Assembly (NCBI GenBank): GCA_965262485.1
Contig: OZ253540.1
Coordinates: forward strand, 2,660,182-2,724,181
DNA length: 64,000 nucleotides
Source: Dehalococcoidia bacterium
GTDB lineage: Bacteria > Chloroflexota > Dehalococcoidia > Lucifugimonadales > UBA3495
Direction of reading: 5' to 3'
A model generated the notes under the pieces. The model was not told where the DNA came from and made no database searches. It saw only the letters and a list, made by a program, of their open reading frames with translations. A program made the translations under genes and the position numbers. Within the stretch, counting starts at the first letter, position 1; every line of letters begins with the position of its first letter. Positions 28,753 through 39,289 of this stretch are shown here, piece by piece.

Positions 28753-28834
28753 TGCGCGCAACACCTCTACGGGTAGTATTCTGATGCTCGAAATTATAGA
28801 CACTCCCCGTTCAGACCGTCAACGCAATCGCGGG

Positions 28835-29037
28835 CTCACGCATACCCACTTCGTCAAACCAAACTGGCCTGCTGTCATTGCGACCCCGTACTTGATACGG
28901 GGGTGGCAATCTCGCCGCCGCAGCAATGATGGTTTGCCGACGTGTGTTCAACATCAACGAGATTGCCACGTGGTTCGACAGGCTCACCATGAGCGGCTGC
29001 GCTCCTGGCAATGACAGGTTAAGTGGGTACGCGTGAG
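28835..29037. mobile_element. Family A MITE with nested family C unit
   Basis: CTCACGCATACCCACTT / AAGTGGGTACGCGTGAG ends. Confidence 0.85.
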
Positions 29038-29040
29038 GGA

Positions 29041-30411
29041 TTAGAAACGATTGCGAAGCTGCTGGAGTGCGATGTCTGCTTCCCGGCGCAGCCCGTCGAC
29101 GTTGACCCTGTCCTCGTCCACGGCCTTGAAAGCATCTACCGTGAACGGCTGCCAGGAGTTGCGCAGGGTCCGGATAGCATTTTCCTCTCTCCCGGCGGCG
29201 TCCACCAGCGATGTGTACATGGGGAGGAGGTAGCCGGCTCGCGGAAGGTCTCTTACGTCGCGCGCAATGGCGCCGGTGCGGAGACTAAATTGCTCCAACG
29301 CTTGTATCACCTCGGTACGGTCGCACCCGCCTTCGCTCGCCCGCCAGTCGTTGTAACGATCATGAAATTCATCCCAGGTCACCACGAGGCTGTTGTACTC
29401 ATCATTGAATACCCGCAGTTCTGCCAGGCTTTCCGCCGGATCAATCGGAACAATCGGATCAGCCTTCGGTGGGTTGCTGATAGTTTGATCGGTGTCCGCC
29501 AGGGCATCTTCGCTGGCCTTCACACTGGCGTCGATCCCGGAGAAGTCGGGCAGCTCCGGTTTGTCGGACGGTTCCTCTTTGTCGGATGGTTCCTTCGCGG
29601 TGTTGATAGCTTCCAGTTCTGCTTGCGCCGCGCTTTGGAGAGCCTCTACTGTACTTTCAGCGCCGGTTGGGGCCGGTAGTTCATCCAGCGCAGCAACGAC
29701 GAGCGTGAACTTCTCCACCAGCTGGCCGAGGCTGGCGATAACGTCAGCCGGTTCCTGGCCCGCTGCCTTATCACGCAAGTCTTTGTATTCATCGTGAACC
29801 GTTTGCCAGTCATTTTTGACGAGGTCAAATGATTGGGCAAATTCGTCCGTTGATTCGGGTGCGGCACCAGTTAGCACGGCGGCGCGCAACTCGATTGCCT
29901 GGTCCTGGGCGTCCTTTTGAGCGTGGGACGCATCAGAACGCCGCTGCTCCACTTCCTCGAATAGCGCAACGTTATTGGGCTGCCAGCGGTCTCGCAACTG
30001 CCGCAACGCCGTTTCTTCCGCCTCGGCGGCCACAATCAGCGTATCGGCGAGTTCTCCGGTGCTTTGAGCGCGGGTAATGTTACGCGCCTGTTCGGTCACA
30101 TCATTGAAAGCAACCGCGAAGTCATTCAGGGCTTCGTGTACCGAGTTTGGGTGGCACGAGGTCAACTCGGCCCTCCATTGGTCGAACTCCACGCGAATTT
30201 GGTCCCACTGTTGATCGATGGCCTGCTGTTGATTTACAAAATCGTTGATCTCGGATTGGGCGCTGGCCGGCAGGGGAGTGGCGCCGGTGGCGGGTTGTAC
30301 CTCTGCGGGCAATATTTCCGTTGGGGATGTGTCGGGTTCGTTGCAGGCAACCAGCAGCAGCAGCGACAGAGCCAGGAACAGTGAAACGTAGCAAATGGAT
30401 CTAGTTGTCAT
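29041..30411 (-). CDS. Helical (coiled-coil) lipoprotein
   Basis: Lipobox LLLVAC; internal repeat of (Q/D)WRA..C..EE.A.R.LR..WQP. Confidence 0.8.
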   Translation of the reverse strand: MTTRSICYVSLFLALSLLLLVACNEPDTSPTEILPAEVQPATGATPLPASAQSEINDFVNQQQAIDQQWDQIRVEFDQWRAELTSCHPNSVHEALNDFAVAFNDVTEQARNITRAQSTGELADTLIVAAEAEETALRQLRDRWQPNNVALFEEVEQRRSDASHAQKDAQDQAIELRAAVLTGAAPESTDEFAQSFDLVKNDWQTVHDEYKDLRDKAAGQEPADVIASLGQLVEKFTLVVAALDELPAPTGAESTVEALQSAAQAELEAINTAKEPSDKEEPSDKPELPDFSGIDASVKASEDALADTDQTISNPPKADPIVPIDPAESLAELRVFNDEYNSLVVTWDEFHDRYNDWRASEGGCDRTEVIQALEQFSLRTGAIARDVRDLPRAGYLLPMYTSLVDAAGREENAIRTLRNSWQPFTVDAFKAVDEDRVNVDGLRREADIALQQLRNRF

Positions 30412-31725
30412 GGACTACCTTATTCACTCCTGCGAAATCGCTAACCAAGTCGTCTCTAAAATCGCCTTTCAGCAGGCGATTGACCGCATCGTCCAATGTT
30501 TCGGGTGTATCCGACAGGAGTATCAGCATGGATCGGCCCCGGTTCCGGTCAAGCACCGTAACGGCAGTTCCTTCGAGTTCCAGGTCTGGGCCAAAAGGTG
30601 TGCTCAGAGTGTCGTCAATACGCACTCCGGCGGCCTGCGGGTATTGACTGACCTGCATCGCATCCTCGTGCAGCCCCAGGAATACCGTGTCCCGACTGAC
30701 GTCTTCGACTCCGCCGACGTTGGAAGATATCCCGTATTCCGACAAGCCTTTCTTCAGCTCTATGCCCTGGTTCAGAAGCGTTGTTTGGCCCAACAGGATG
30801 TCCACCTCGTTGTCCAGTCCACGTTCATAGAAATGCGGGAAGTCGGCGAGGTAAAACTCGCGGGTGCTGTTCGTGAGGTAGTCTGCGATGTTCGATACCA
30901 GCCGGTCGTTGTCCAGCATTGCGTTCTGGGGGGAATCATAAAGGTCAGGTCTGCAATCGACACTACATTGCGGCTGTTGCCCCAGGCCATTGGATTGAGG
31001 CCCTCGCCGGATTCAACCACCGTAGATTTAGTGTTGGCATCGGCAAATGCCAGCCCGGGGCCAGATGACTGGATGGAGCCGGCTGTGTACAGGGCGATGG
31101 TGTCGAGACCTGCGGTTAGCTCTTCGGGCTGAAACTCGCGAACATAGATGTGCTGGAAGTTGAGGTCGTTCTCAACCTGGTTGTAGAGGTAGCCGGGCTG
31201 GAAGGCAAGCCCAAACCTTTCCGCCAGCGTGTTTATCTGTTGCGGTCGAGTCGGATCGGAGATCAGCAGCAGCTTTCCACCTTTGCGGACGAACTGTTCC
31301 ACCAGGCTGGCTTCGGCCTCTGAATAGGCGTCTCGCGGAAGGATAACCAGGAAGCTGTCGGCGCGACGCAGCTGATCCTCCAGCTGAATCAGTCTGTCGT
31401 CTTCTTCAACGGTGGTGAAGTCGCCGAGAAACTCGACAGCGTATCCGCGATTGGCTACGCGCGACCGCAGCGTAACGATTTCGTTGGAACGGAACGCATT
31501 CCTGTGTAGAGCGTCCACCAGGAACAGGCCCCCGGAAGGCAGGTTCGCGGGCGGTTCTATGGGCAATATGGAGGGGCTGGCCTGCGAACCCACGTGCTGG
31601 AAGACGATTTGCGGCGAGGGCGGCGGGCTGTAACTTCCGTGGTAAAAATAGAGATACCCGCCACCGAAAACGATGGCGGCGAAAACGAGGAACAGGGCCA
31701 CCGACCCTAATAGTTTAATCGTCAT
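30401..31725 (-). CDS. Membrane-anchored DUF4350/GATase-like protein, split by a 1-nt frameshift near 30930
   Basis: VDALHRN, FVRKGGKLLL, DNDRLVSNIADY; adding one base to the homopolymer (G6 on +, ~30928-30933) joins the two ORFs. Confidence 0.7.
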
Positions 31726-32773
31726 ATCCCGCGTACAGGTAGTAGACGTTAGGTCGGCGAATATCGAGGGGGAACTCCGGCAGAGGGTTATCCTGATACG
31801 TATCCAGTCCCCCGGCAAGCATCAGTTTCCGCAGCGCCTGGAGCTCTGCAATGCCGTTGCCGGGCGCCAGCCCGGATGCGCTTCGGAGAGGGTCGCCGTT
31901 TCCCTGATCCATCAGCAGCAGTGTCGCCGGGTCGATCATTCCGATTGCTTCGCCATCGTATTGAGTGGCGAATACCCGTCTTACCTTAAGGATGAATTCA
32001 CGCTGTACTTCTGCGTTGACGTCCACCAATCCATAATTGGAAATTCCCGCGAGTTCTGCCGCTTTTTCGATAGCATCGCTATCGCCGCCGATATCGTCGG
32101 CCAGGCCCAGACGCACGGCGTCGATGCCCGAGTAAATCCGGCCTTCCACCAGCTCCGCTTCGGTGATTCGCAGTCGCTCACCCCGCTCGCTGATAACCAT
32201 TTGGGCGAAACTCGATTTGAGCTGTTCTGCCAGCGCGAACCAGTCCCTTCTGGAGGCTCCCGACAGCTTGTAGGGGCCGGTGAACACAATACTTTCCGAT
32301 GGCACCCCGGGGATCAGCGGGCCGGCAAATGTAATTACCCCTACATTGCCAACCAGGGACGAAGTTTGGGCGTAGGTATAGTTGGATCCCATGGCCATCA
32401 TGTATCCGCCACTGGCAACGAGGCCGTTCATGATCACAACCACAGGTTTCTTTTCGCGCAGTTTCCGGGTTTCCACGTATAGCCGCTCACTGGTGGCGGC
32501 GCCGCCGCCCGGAGTGGTGAGCCTGATGACCACCGCCTTGATGGAATCGTCCCGCTCCGCGTAGCTGAGGTACTCGCCAATGACGTTGGCCGATCCCTCG
32601 GAAATGACGGTATATGGAATGTCAATCACGCCGATGTTGGGCTTTCCCGGAAAAGCATAGGCCAGCACCAGGGCGCCAAACACTACGCCCAAAATAGCGG
32701 CAATCGGTCCGATGACGAACCAGCTGGACAGGGCACTTTGCGATGCACTTCGCGATGCGCGAAGTGTTTCCAT
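31715..32773 (-). CDS. S49 (SppA-like) peptidase
   Basis: IKAVVIRLTTPGG, ASGGY, VGNVGV, GPYK, GLADDIG. Confidence 0.9.
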   Translation of the reverse strand: METLRASRSASQSALSSWFVIGPIAAILGVVFGALVLAYAFPGKPNIGVIDIPYTVISEGSANVIGEYLSYAERDDSIKAVVIRLTTPGGGAATSERLYVETRKLREKKPVVVIMNGLVASGGYMMAMGSNYTYAQTSSLVGNVGVITFAGPLIPGVPSESIVFTGPYKLSGASRRDWFALAEQLKSSFAQMVISERGERLRITEAELVEGRIYSGIDAVRLGLADDIGGDSDAIEKAAELAGISNYGLVDVNAEVQREFILKVRRVFATQYDGEAIGMIDPATLLLMDQGNGDPLRSASGLAPGNGIAELQALRKLMLAGGLDTYQDNPLPEFPLDIRRPNVYYLYAGYDD

Positions 32774-33029
32774 TATCCGATTTCCCGCACTGGATAACAT
32801 CTGTCTCCGCTTGATCCCGACGCTGATCAGGGTCAAATAATTGACGCAGTTTGCTGCCAGCGCGTATCCGCACCGGAGGCTGGCACAATCTTACCATAAG
32901 CCTGAATCGGGAGCGGCGTCTCGACAATCCCGACGGCGACTGCCCGATGGTGGTACGATACGGTCGTGACGTGGGCCAAATGGCGATATTGAACTCGAAA
33001 GCCGATATTGAAAAGGAAGTGGATCTGAG

Positions 33030-33872
33030 ATGAATTCGAACCGTAAACCGGTCGCCGTCGTGGTGGGGGCGACTTCAAAGTGGCAATCAGATGGCCGGAA
33101 TACCCAATTGGCGCACGGCAGGGTGCTCGATGACAGCGACCTTCCGGTGGGCGTGCGTTGGGGCGTCGGCGGCGCCATAGCCCAAAAGTTCGCACAGGAG
33201 GGCTTTTTCGTCATTCTCACCACCCGCAGCACGGCCAATGCGACGCCCTTGCAGGCGGCAATCCAGGAGCAAGGCGGCGACAGCATGATTGTCGAGCTGG
33301 ATTTGGTGTCAAGCGACTCCATATCCGATGCGTTCGCACAGGTTCGGGAGCAGGCTGGCGACCCGGAAGTTTTGGTGTACAACGCGGGCTACCTGGAGGG
33401 TCGGGATCTGCCGCCGGAGAAAGAACTACTGGAACATATACCGGTGGAGATGTTCGACACGGCGCAGCATATCTCCAGCCGCGGGCCGTTCCTGGTCGCC
33501 AAAGAGGTGTTGCCCGCCATGCGAGAACGCGGCCAGGGCTCGTTCTTCATTTCCAACAACTCTTCGTCCTTGCGCGGGCGAAAGCGCAACACCGGACAGT
33601 CGCTGTACTATCCGCGAGTGATGATGCGCACGCTGGCGCAGGTGCTGACCGAGGAATATTCCGAGTTCGGCGTGCACGTAGCCAACATCGTGATCGATGG
33701 CACCATCGACTCTCCCGGAACCCGAGCCCTGCCGAGGGCCCAGCAGAATCCTGATGTGGTGATAAATCCGGTTAAGATCGCCGAGGCCTTCTACTATCTG
33801 CACACCCAGGACAGATCCTGCTGGACGCACGAGCTCCAATTGACTCCATTCCCAACCAAGCCGAGTTTTTAA
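33030..33872 (+). CDS. SDR family oxidoreductase
   Basis: GVGGAIA, VYNAG, GVHVANIVIDG, QDRSCWTHE. Confidence 0.88.
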   Translation: MNSNRKPVAVVVGATSKWQSDGRNTQLAHGRVLDDSDLPVGVRWGVGGAIAQKFAQEGFFVILTTRSTANATPLQAAIQEQGGDSMIVELDLVSSDSISDAFAQVREQAGDPEVLVYNAGYLEGRDLPPEKELLEHIPVEMFDTAQHISSRGPFLVAKEVLPAMRERGQGSFFISNNSSSLRGRKRNTGQSLYYPRVMMRTLAQVLTEEYSEFGVHVANIVIDGTIDSPGTRALPRAQQNPDVVINPVKIAEAFYYLHTQDRSCWTHELQLTPFPTKPSF

Positions 33873-33904
33873 GTCCTTCGATTCAGCGCCGGCACCCGCC
33901 GGCA

Positions 33905-34080
33905 ACCTACCTGTTAATCTGTCATTGCGACCCCGTACTCGATGCGGGGGTTGGCAATCTCGTCGGAGTAGCAACGGTGGTTTGCCGACGTGTGTTCAAC
34001 CTCAACGAGATTGCCACGTGGTTCGACAGGCTCACCATGAGCGGCTGCGCTCCTCGCAATGACAGCAGGCCGGTTTGCCC
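33905..34080. repeat. Family A element with nested family C unit, degenerate ends
   Basis: Core matches 28835-29037. Confidence 0.78.
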
Positions 34081-34115
34081 GTGCAAACCGGCGTCGGTCG
34101 GTGTTCAGCTGGGAG

Positions 34116-34568
34116 TTACTCGTCCTGGGGGAGAAAGGCGTTGGGGACGACCGCGCTGCCCTGGCCGACCCCGGTGGTATCGCCGCGCTGGTTCTCGGCC
34201 TTGATCTCCACCGATACCCGACTGCCGTTCACTTCCCGACTCACGCCGGTAACCGTCCCCGTGAAGGTGATTGTGTCGCCGGGACGAACCGGCCGCAGGA
34301 ATCTCAGATCAACCGTGCCGGTGTGGTTGAACACGCCGCCGCCGAAGTACCGGCGCAGCAGTTCGATGGCGAATGACAATGACATCCTCCCCGAAGCCAC
34401 CGTGCCCTCGGTTCCCAGGGTCTCGCGGGCGGTCTCTTCGTCCGTGAATTGGGAAGGTTCCAACTGCCCGGCGCTGCCCTCGAACAGGTTGATCGCCTCT
34501 TGGGTCATTTCCTTTGCCAGGGAGGATAGCTCATCGCCCACCTCGTAGGCGCGAACTAGCCCCCCCAT
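34116..34568 (-). CDS. MaoC/hot-dog fold protein
   Basis: TVASG, LRFLRPVRPGDTI, NQRG; start uncertain. Confidence 0.85.
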   Translation of the reverse strand: MGGLVRAYEVGDELSSLAKEMTQEAINLFEGSAGQLEPSQFTDEETARETLGTEGTVASGRMSLSFAIELLRRYFGGGVFNHTGTVDLRFLRPVRPGDTITFTGTVTGVSREVNGSRVSVEIKAENQRGDTTGVGQGSAVVPNAFLPQDE

Positions 34569-34975
34569 TTCTTACCGACCTCGGTGGGCTGCTTAAGCTC
34601 ATGGGTAATCACACGGTCGATGAGCCGCCCGTCTTCGTCAACCGAAACCGCCTCGGTGACGATGTAGTTCTTGCCCCGGCGCAGGTACTTGTCGGCGATC
34701 CACGCCCGCACGGTGATCGTCTTGCCGCCGATGGGAGGGTTGTAGCAGTAGAAGGCGCACCGGGCGTTGACAGAACCGGCGTCCCGGTACTTGGCGTTGT
34801 ACTGCTTGACATCCACCTTGTGGGAGATGGTCGGGAAACCGGCCTCCGGGTCCATCACCCCCAGGCGGTAGGTGTCTATCATCTTCTGCGTGAGGAGGTA
34901 TTGGTACGTCTCGAAGGTCTCACCGACCTCCAGGGCGTCCCAGTCCAGAAGTATTCGCGCATCCGCTTCTACCAT
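34556..34975 (-). CDS. Hot-dog fold protein (MaoC partner)
   Basis: IADKYLRRGKNYIV..DEDG; overlaps next ORF. Confidence 0.75.
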   Translation of the reverse strand: MVEADARILLDWDALEVGETFETYQYLLTQKMIDTYRLGVMDPEAGFPTISHKVDVKQYNAKYRDAGSVNARCAFYCYNPPIGGKTITVRAWIADKYLRRGKNYIVTEAVSVDEDGRLIDRVITHELKQPTEVGKKWGG

Positions 34976-35021
34976 AGCTGCACTTCCTTTCGTTTAACGC
35001 GTAATTGGGATTGCTAACCGG

Positions 35022-35822
35022 CTAGATGCCCCGCCAGGAGCGCCGTCCGTTGACGCGGACGAAATGGCCGAAGCCGGGGTCGGGAAAGTGTCCGGCGGAG
35101 ACCAGAACCTGCTCGTGCTCCAACATGTCCATCACGGAATGCCTGGTGCTGCGGGACACGTCCGGCTGGATGTCGAATATGGGGCACCAGTCGGTGTAAT
35201 GCGCCTGGGCCGGGTTGTGCGCCACGTCGCCCAGGATGTAACCCCGCTCTCCGCCCGAGGCGATCATGATTGAGACGTGGCCCGGGGTATGCCCAGGCGT
35301 GGAGACCGTGGTGAGCTCGTCCGTGATCCGGTAATCGTCGTCGATCAGGTCGATGAATCCCAGACCCTCCAAAGGTACTACCTGGTCGCGGACGTGGGCA
35401 GCGCCAGCCAGCACATCGGGCTGAGTCCAGTAGTCCCAGTCCTTCCTCGGCGCCAGGTAACGGGCATTGGGGAAGTTTGGCTTGCCATTGGTGAGGTTCC
35501 AGCCCACGTGGTCGGGGTGGAGGTGAGTGAACACCACCAGGTTGACAGCCTCCGGGTTGACGCCCTTGGCCCGCATGTCGGCCATCAGCGTACCTTCGGG
35601 GGCCTGCAGGCCGGTATCGACGATGATCAGTTTTCCCTGCGAGCGGACACCCGTGGTTCCATACCTGCTGGTAATCTGGTCGTGGTCGTCCAGCAGCTCA
35701 GGAAACTCCCGCCACTGTTCGATGGTGGTATCCGGGAAAGGCGCGAAGGGAGACCGGACGGGCATTCCATCGTTTAACGACAGCAATTGAACATTGCCGA
35801 CGCTGGTTGTGTAGCTGGGCAT
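35022..35822 (-). CDS. Metallo-beta-lactamase fold hydrolase
   Basis: THLHPDHVG, PGHTPGH, GDVAH, GHF. Confidence 0.93.
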   Translation of the reverse strand: MPSYTTSVGNVQLLSLNDGMPVRSPFAPFPDTTIEQWREFPELLDDHDQITSRYGTTGVRSQGKLIIVDTGLQAPEGTLMADMRAKGVNPEAVNLVVFTHLHPDHVGWNLTNGKPNFPNARYLAPRKDWDYWTQPDVLAGAAHVRDQVVPLEGLGFIDLIDDDYRITDELTTVSTPGHTPGHVSIMIASGGERGYILGDVAHNPAQAHYTDWCPIFDIQPDVSRSTRHSVMDMLEHEQVLVSAGHFPDPGFGHFVRVNGRRSWRGI

Positions 35823-35955
35823 ATCGGTATTGCCTCTCGATAAGGTAGCCTTCTAACGGTGTATCGTTCCGAGCGTCATATTACCCCAAAAAAGCAGATC
35901 CTGTTGAGAGAAAACATCGGAGTCTCGTAAATCGTCAAGGGCGTCGGCAAGGGAG

Positions 35956-36100
35956 CAGGGCCTTTCGGTTCTCCTCATGTCATTGCGAGCGCAGCGTGTC
36001 AATCTCGTCGCCGTAGCAATGATGGTTCCCCGGCACGTGCTCAACCTCAACGAGATTGCCACGTCGTTGCGCTCCTCGCAATGACAACCGAATGACCCTG
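35956..36100. mobile_element. ISAs1-type MITE carrying the family A payload
   Basis: TIR CAGGGCCTTTCGGTT/AACCGAATGACCCTG; 8-bp TSD CAAGGGAG. Confidence 0.82.
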
Positions 36101-36468
36101 CAAGGGAGTGTTGAACAAGTCCAACGGTGGGTGACCGCCAACATCCGTGCTACGAATATCGTCCTTCTTATCGGTAGTTTGTTAGCGACCAGCACATCGC
36201 GCAACTTTGTTGTCTCGACTTTCGGCTCCGGTGGCCCCTCGGATTTACCCCGTAATTCCTGGAGCTGACTTTTTCAACACTCCATTACGGCCCGTTTACA
36301 CTTCCCCCCGAGGACGCGCCGTCCCTGCCACCTGAAAGCCCACGGCGGAAACTGGAATCCGCAACAGCAGCGGTAGTTAATGTCCCCAGCTTCGGCAGAC
36401 CAAAGCGGACCAGAGCGATTACCTTTGACAAGATGCGGGTCTATAACACCCAGCGGAGGCAATACGGT

Positions 36469-36663
36469 ATGAGCGTAGATAAGCAGACCAGAATAGGCAT
36501 AGGAGTCGCGCTCGGAGCCGGGGTAGGCGTGGCCATAGGCTCGGGCATAGGCGTAGCCATCGGCAATATCGGCATCGGCGTGGGAGTAGGAATCGGCGTC
36601 GGCGTGGTGATAGGAATTGCCGTGGCAGTGGCGCTTGGGGGCAGAAGTGGTGACGAGGGCTAG
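36469..36663 (+). CDS. Small glycine-zipper membrane protein
   Basis: GGAGG RBS; contiguous GxxxG repeats (IGIGVALGAGVGVAIG..GNIGIGVGVG). Confidence 0.75.
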   Translation: MSVDKQTRIGIGVALGAGVGVAIGSGIGVAIGNIGIGVGVGIGVGVVIGIAVAVALGGRSGDEG

Positions 36664-36707
36664 CTAGTGGTGACACTTCCTGGACACTACCGCTTTGTAA
36701 AGACACT

Positions 36708-36807
36708 GGAGAGCCGGATGCGGTGAAAGCCGCACGTCCGGTTCGGAGGGGGGCCGACGGAAAAGCGCTCCGATAACTCGGAGTAACTCGCCGGCGGCCT
36801 GCCCTAC
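36708..36807 (+). ncRNA. Group II intron 3' fragment (domains V and VI), no RT ORF
   Basis: GAGCCGGATGCGGTGAAAGCCGCACGTCCGGTTC (AGC triad, GAAA loop, AC bulge), then a DVI-like stem ending CCCTAC. Confidence 0.88.
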
Positions 36808-36948
36808 ACGTCGGACGATAGCCGCATGATAATGATCGCGAAAGGATTCGTTTTGGTCGTCTTCATGTGTCTGAGTTCGAACTGCGGGTAACCGCCGCCG
36901 GGTGCTATGGATATCATTCCCAATGGACATGGGCGGGGATACCTCGTC

Positions 36949-37097
36949 CAGGGCCTTTCGATTCTCCCTCTCCCCTTGGGGGAGAGGGCTGGGGTGAGGG
37001 GTATAGTCTGCGGCAGGATAGTTCCCTATTTCACACCCTCACCCTCACCCTCTCCCATCAAGGGAGAGGGGATTTCTTGTAAAACCGAAAGGCCCCG
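36949..37097. mobile_element. ISAs1-type MITE carrying a family B payload
   Basis: TIR CAGGGCCTTTCG/CGAAAGGCCCCG; 10-bp TSD ATACCTCGTC. Confidence 0.85.
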
Positions 37098-37224
37098 ATA
37101 CCTCGTCCCTTGCGCTTGACACCCAGGGAAGAAACAACAGGCTTGGCACGGTCCGCCGGTTACGTTAACTCGTCCACGCAGCCCCGCACCGGCGCTCCCG
37201 GCGCCCAAAAGCCACCAGCGCCGA

Positions 37225-38289
37225 TTAGAGGGCCGGTATCACCTCGTCGCACAACAGCGCCAGCGCCTCGTCCACGTCCGGGCCCAGCTCGGAGAACATC
37301 AGCTGTCCGAAGCCCTGCTCCCGGGCCGTGTCCCGCACCTTGAGCATCCGTTCCAGGCAGTCCTCCGGCGTACCGGCTATGAAGATAGCATCAATCATGG
37401 AATCGGTAACCAGGTTGTTAAATTCTTGCTCTGTTGCGCCGTTCCGGTCCGCCTGGTGCAACCGCTCGATCTCCGGCAGGGCCACGTCCAGCCGCTCAAT
37501 GTCCTCCGGGGTGTAGCCTTGCCGGAACATATTCAGGACCCGGCGGCCCGCGCTTTCCTTGACGAACTCCCTGGCCGCCGCTGCGTTTCGAGACAAGGAA
37601 ATCTTGATCTCCGCCACTTTGGGTACAACCCCCTCCTGGCGTTCAGGAGGCAATGCGCTGTCAAAGGCGTCCAGCAACTCGGGAACCCTGCCGGTACGGA
37701 GGGCCGCTAGATAATGGCCTCCAAAGATCAGGCCGTCCATGGTTTCGCCGCCGACGGCCATGCCCAACGGGCCGTTGCTGCCGCAATAGATTTGTACCGG
37801 CGACGAGGGGCTGAAATTCATCCGGAAGGTGGCGGAAGGGTTGAAGTGGTAATAATCCAGGAGGTTGGGGTAGTCTGCGAAGCAGACTGCCTCCCCGGTC
37901 AGGAGCCGGCGCACGCTCTGGGCCGTCTCCCGGAGTACGCTGACCGGCCGCGGCGTTCGGATGAGCGATGGCGTATGGGGATTGCCTCGACCCAACCCGA
38001 TACTCAATTCCCGCCCGTCCATCAACTCGCTCATGGTGGCAATTGAATCCGCCAGGTCAACCGGGTTGCGGAAATACTGGACGGTAACCGCGGTGCCCAG
38101 CTTTATCTTGAGGCGGCAGGCCAGCGCCGCCAAGGCCACAAAGGACTGGCGGCTTCTTAAGTTATCGGTAACCCAAAGCTGGGCCACGCCTCTGGCTTCC
38201 GCCTGGGCCGCCAGCTCCATCAGGTGAGGCAAGGAAACGTGAGCGTAGGTGGGTAGGTGAAATTGGACACCGGTTTCCGGTGGAGACAT
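37225..38289 (-). CDS. LLM class flavin/F420-dependent oxidoreductase
   Basis: LWVTDNL, KLGTAVT..RNP, IGLGRG, IAGTPEDC. Confidence 0.88.
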   Translation of the reverse strand: MSPPETGVQFHLPTYAHVSLPHLMELAAQAEARGVAQLWVTDNLRSRQSFVALAALACRLKIKLGTAVTVQYFRNPVDLADSIATMSELMDGRELSIGLGRGNPHTPSLIRTPRPVSVLRETAQSVRRLLTGEAVCFADYPNLLDYYHFNPSATFRMNFSPSSPVQIYCGSNGPLGMAVGGETMDGLIFGGHYLAALRTGRVPELLDAFDSALPPERQEGVVPKVAEIKISLSRNAAAAREFVKESAGRRVLNMFRQGYTPEDIERLDVALPEIERLHQADRNGATEQEFNNLVTDSMIDAIFIAGTPEDCLERMLKVRDTAREQGFGQLMFSELGPDVDEALALLCDEVIPAL

Positions 38290-38329
38290 GATTTTGCCGC
38301 CCTCGCCAGATGGTTACAGTGATTCGTGC

Positions 38330-38825
38330 GATTCCCCTGTCCCGCAGGCTGTCATTCACAGGGCTACCACGCGCACTTGGCGATTGTGAGTGTCGGCGAT
38401 AAAGAGGTCAACTGCCGCATTGATGTCGCAGCCATAGGGATGTGCCAATCCAGCAGTTCATCGGGGCCACCGTCACCGGCACTGCCCTCGCGGCCTCCGC
38501 TGATGGTGGTTACGATGCCCGTACGGGCGTCGATTCGCCGCACGGCGCAGTTATCCAAGTCAACTATGATCATGTTGTCATCCAGGTCGCAGCGTATCGC
38601 CTTGGGTTCTCCCGTGCCGGCTATCAGTGTGATTATGCCAGTCTGAGAATCCATGCGGCGGATCCTGTGATGGCGCCCTATGCACACGATCATGTTCCCC
38701 TGGGGATCAAATTCACAGGCGTAAGGAGTTTGACGCGCGGCGTCTATCGCCGGTCCGCCGTCGCCCCCCCAATCCTCTGATCCGTTTCCCGATACGGTTT
38801 GGATGATGCCTTTATCAGCCGGCAT
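38330..38825 (-). pseudogene. NHL-repeat protein, degraded
   Basis: GDGGPA, GIITLIAGTG, NCAVRRIDARTGIVTT; deletion and frameshift. Confidence 0.75.
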
Positions 38826-39289
38826 TTACACCTCCGGCGGTCGCCGGATATCCCGGTGCGTTTCGTCCGGGGGTACATTGTATATGGGGCCTGGCGATAA
38901 AGAGTCCGGCAGCTGGAAGGTGGGTGGATATTTCGGCGTTTTTGCGGTGGTCATGCTGAATCTCTCCGTGCCGGGAATGGCGGTGGTTGAGACATCGTTT
39001 GATGACCGTGACTGCGTTTCGGCGGATGTAGTGGCGGTTACCGGCGGTGTTACTCCGCACGGTTGGCTCAGCGTGCCCGGCTACGCATTGCCGGTTCTCG
39101 GTAGGGCTTACTCGCTGGGCTCCTGCTATTGGTTTTCAGCAAGGCGCGGTCTCGCGACCTGGGCGGGGGTCTTGCGCTTGGCGATGGCCGTTAGGGCTTT
39201 CCAGCTTGGCTTAACGGCTTTGTGCATTCGGGGCCGTGTGTTTCCGGAGTTAGCCGGCTTGGGGAAGCTGAAGGCGAACTCGAACGTAC

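Noticed and set aside
36100-36430. 5' domains of the group II intron enclosing the glycine-zipper gene
   Set aside because: No GTGCG start or recognisable domain I-III motifs
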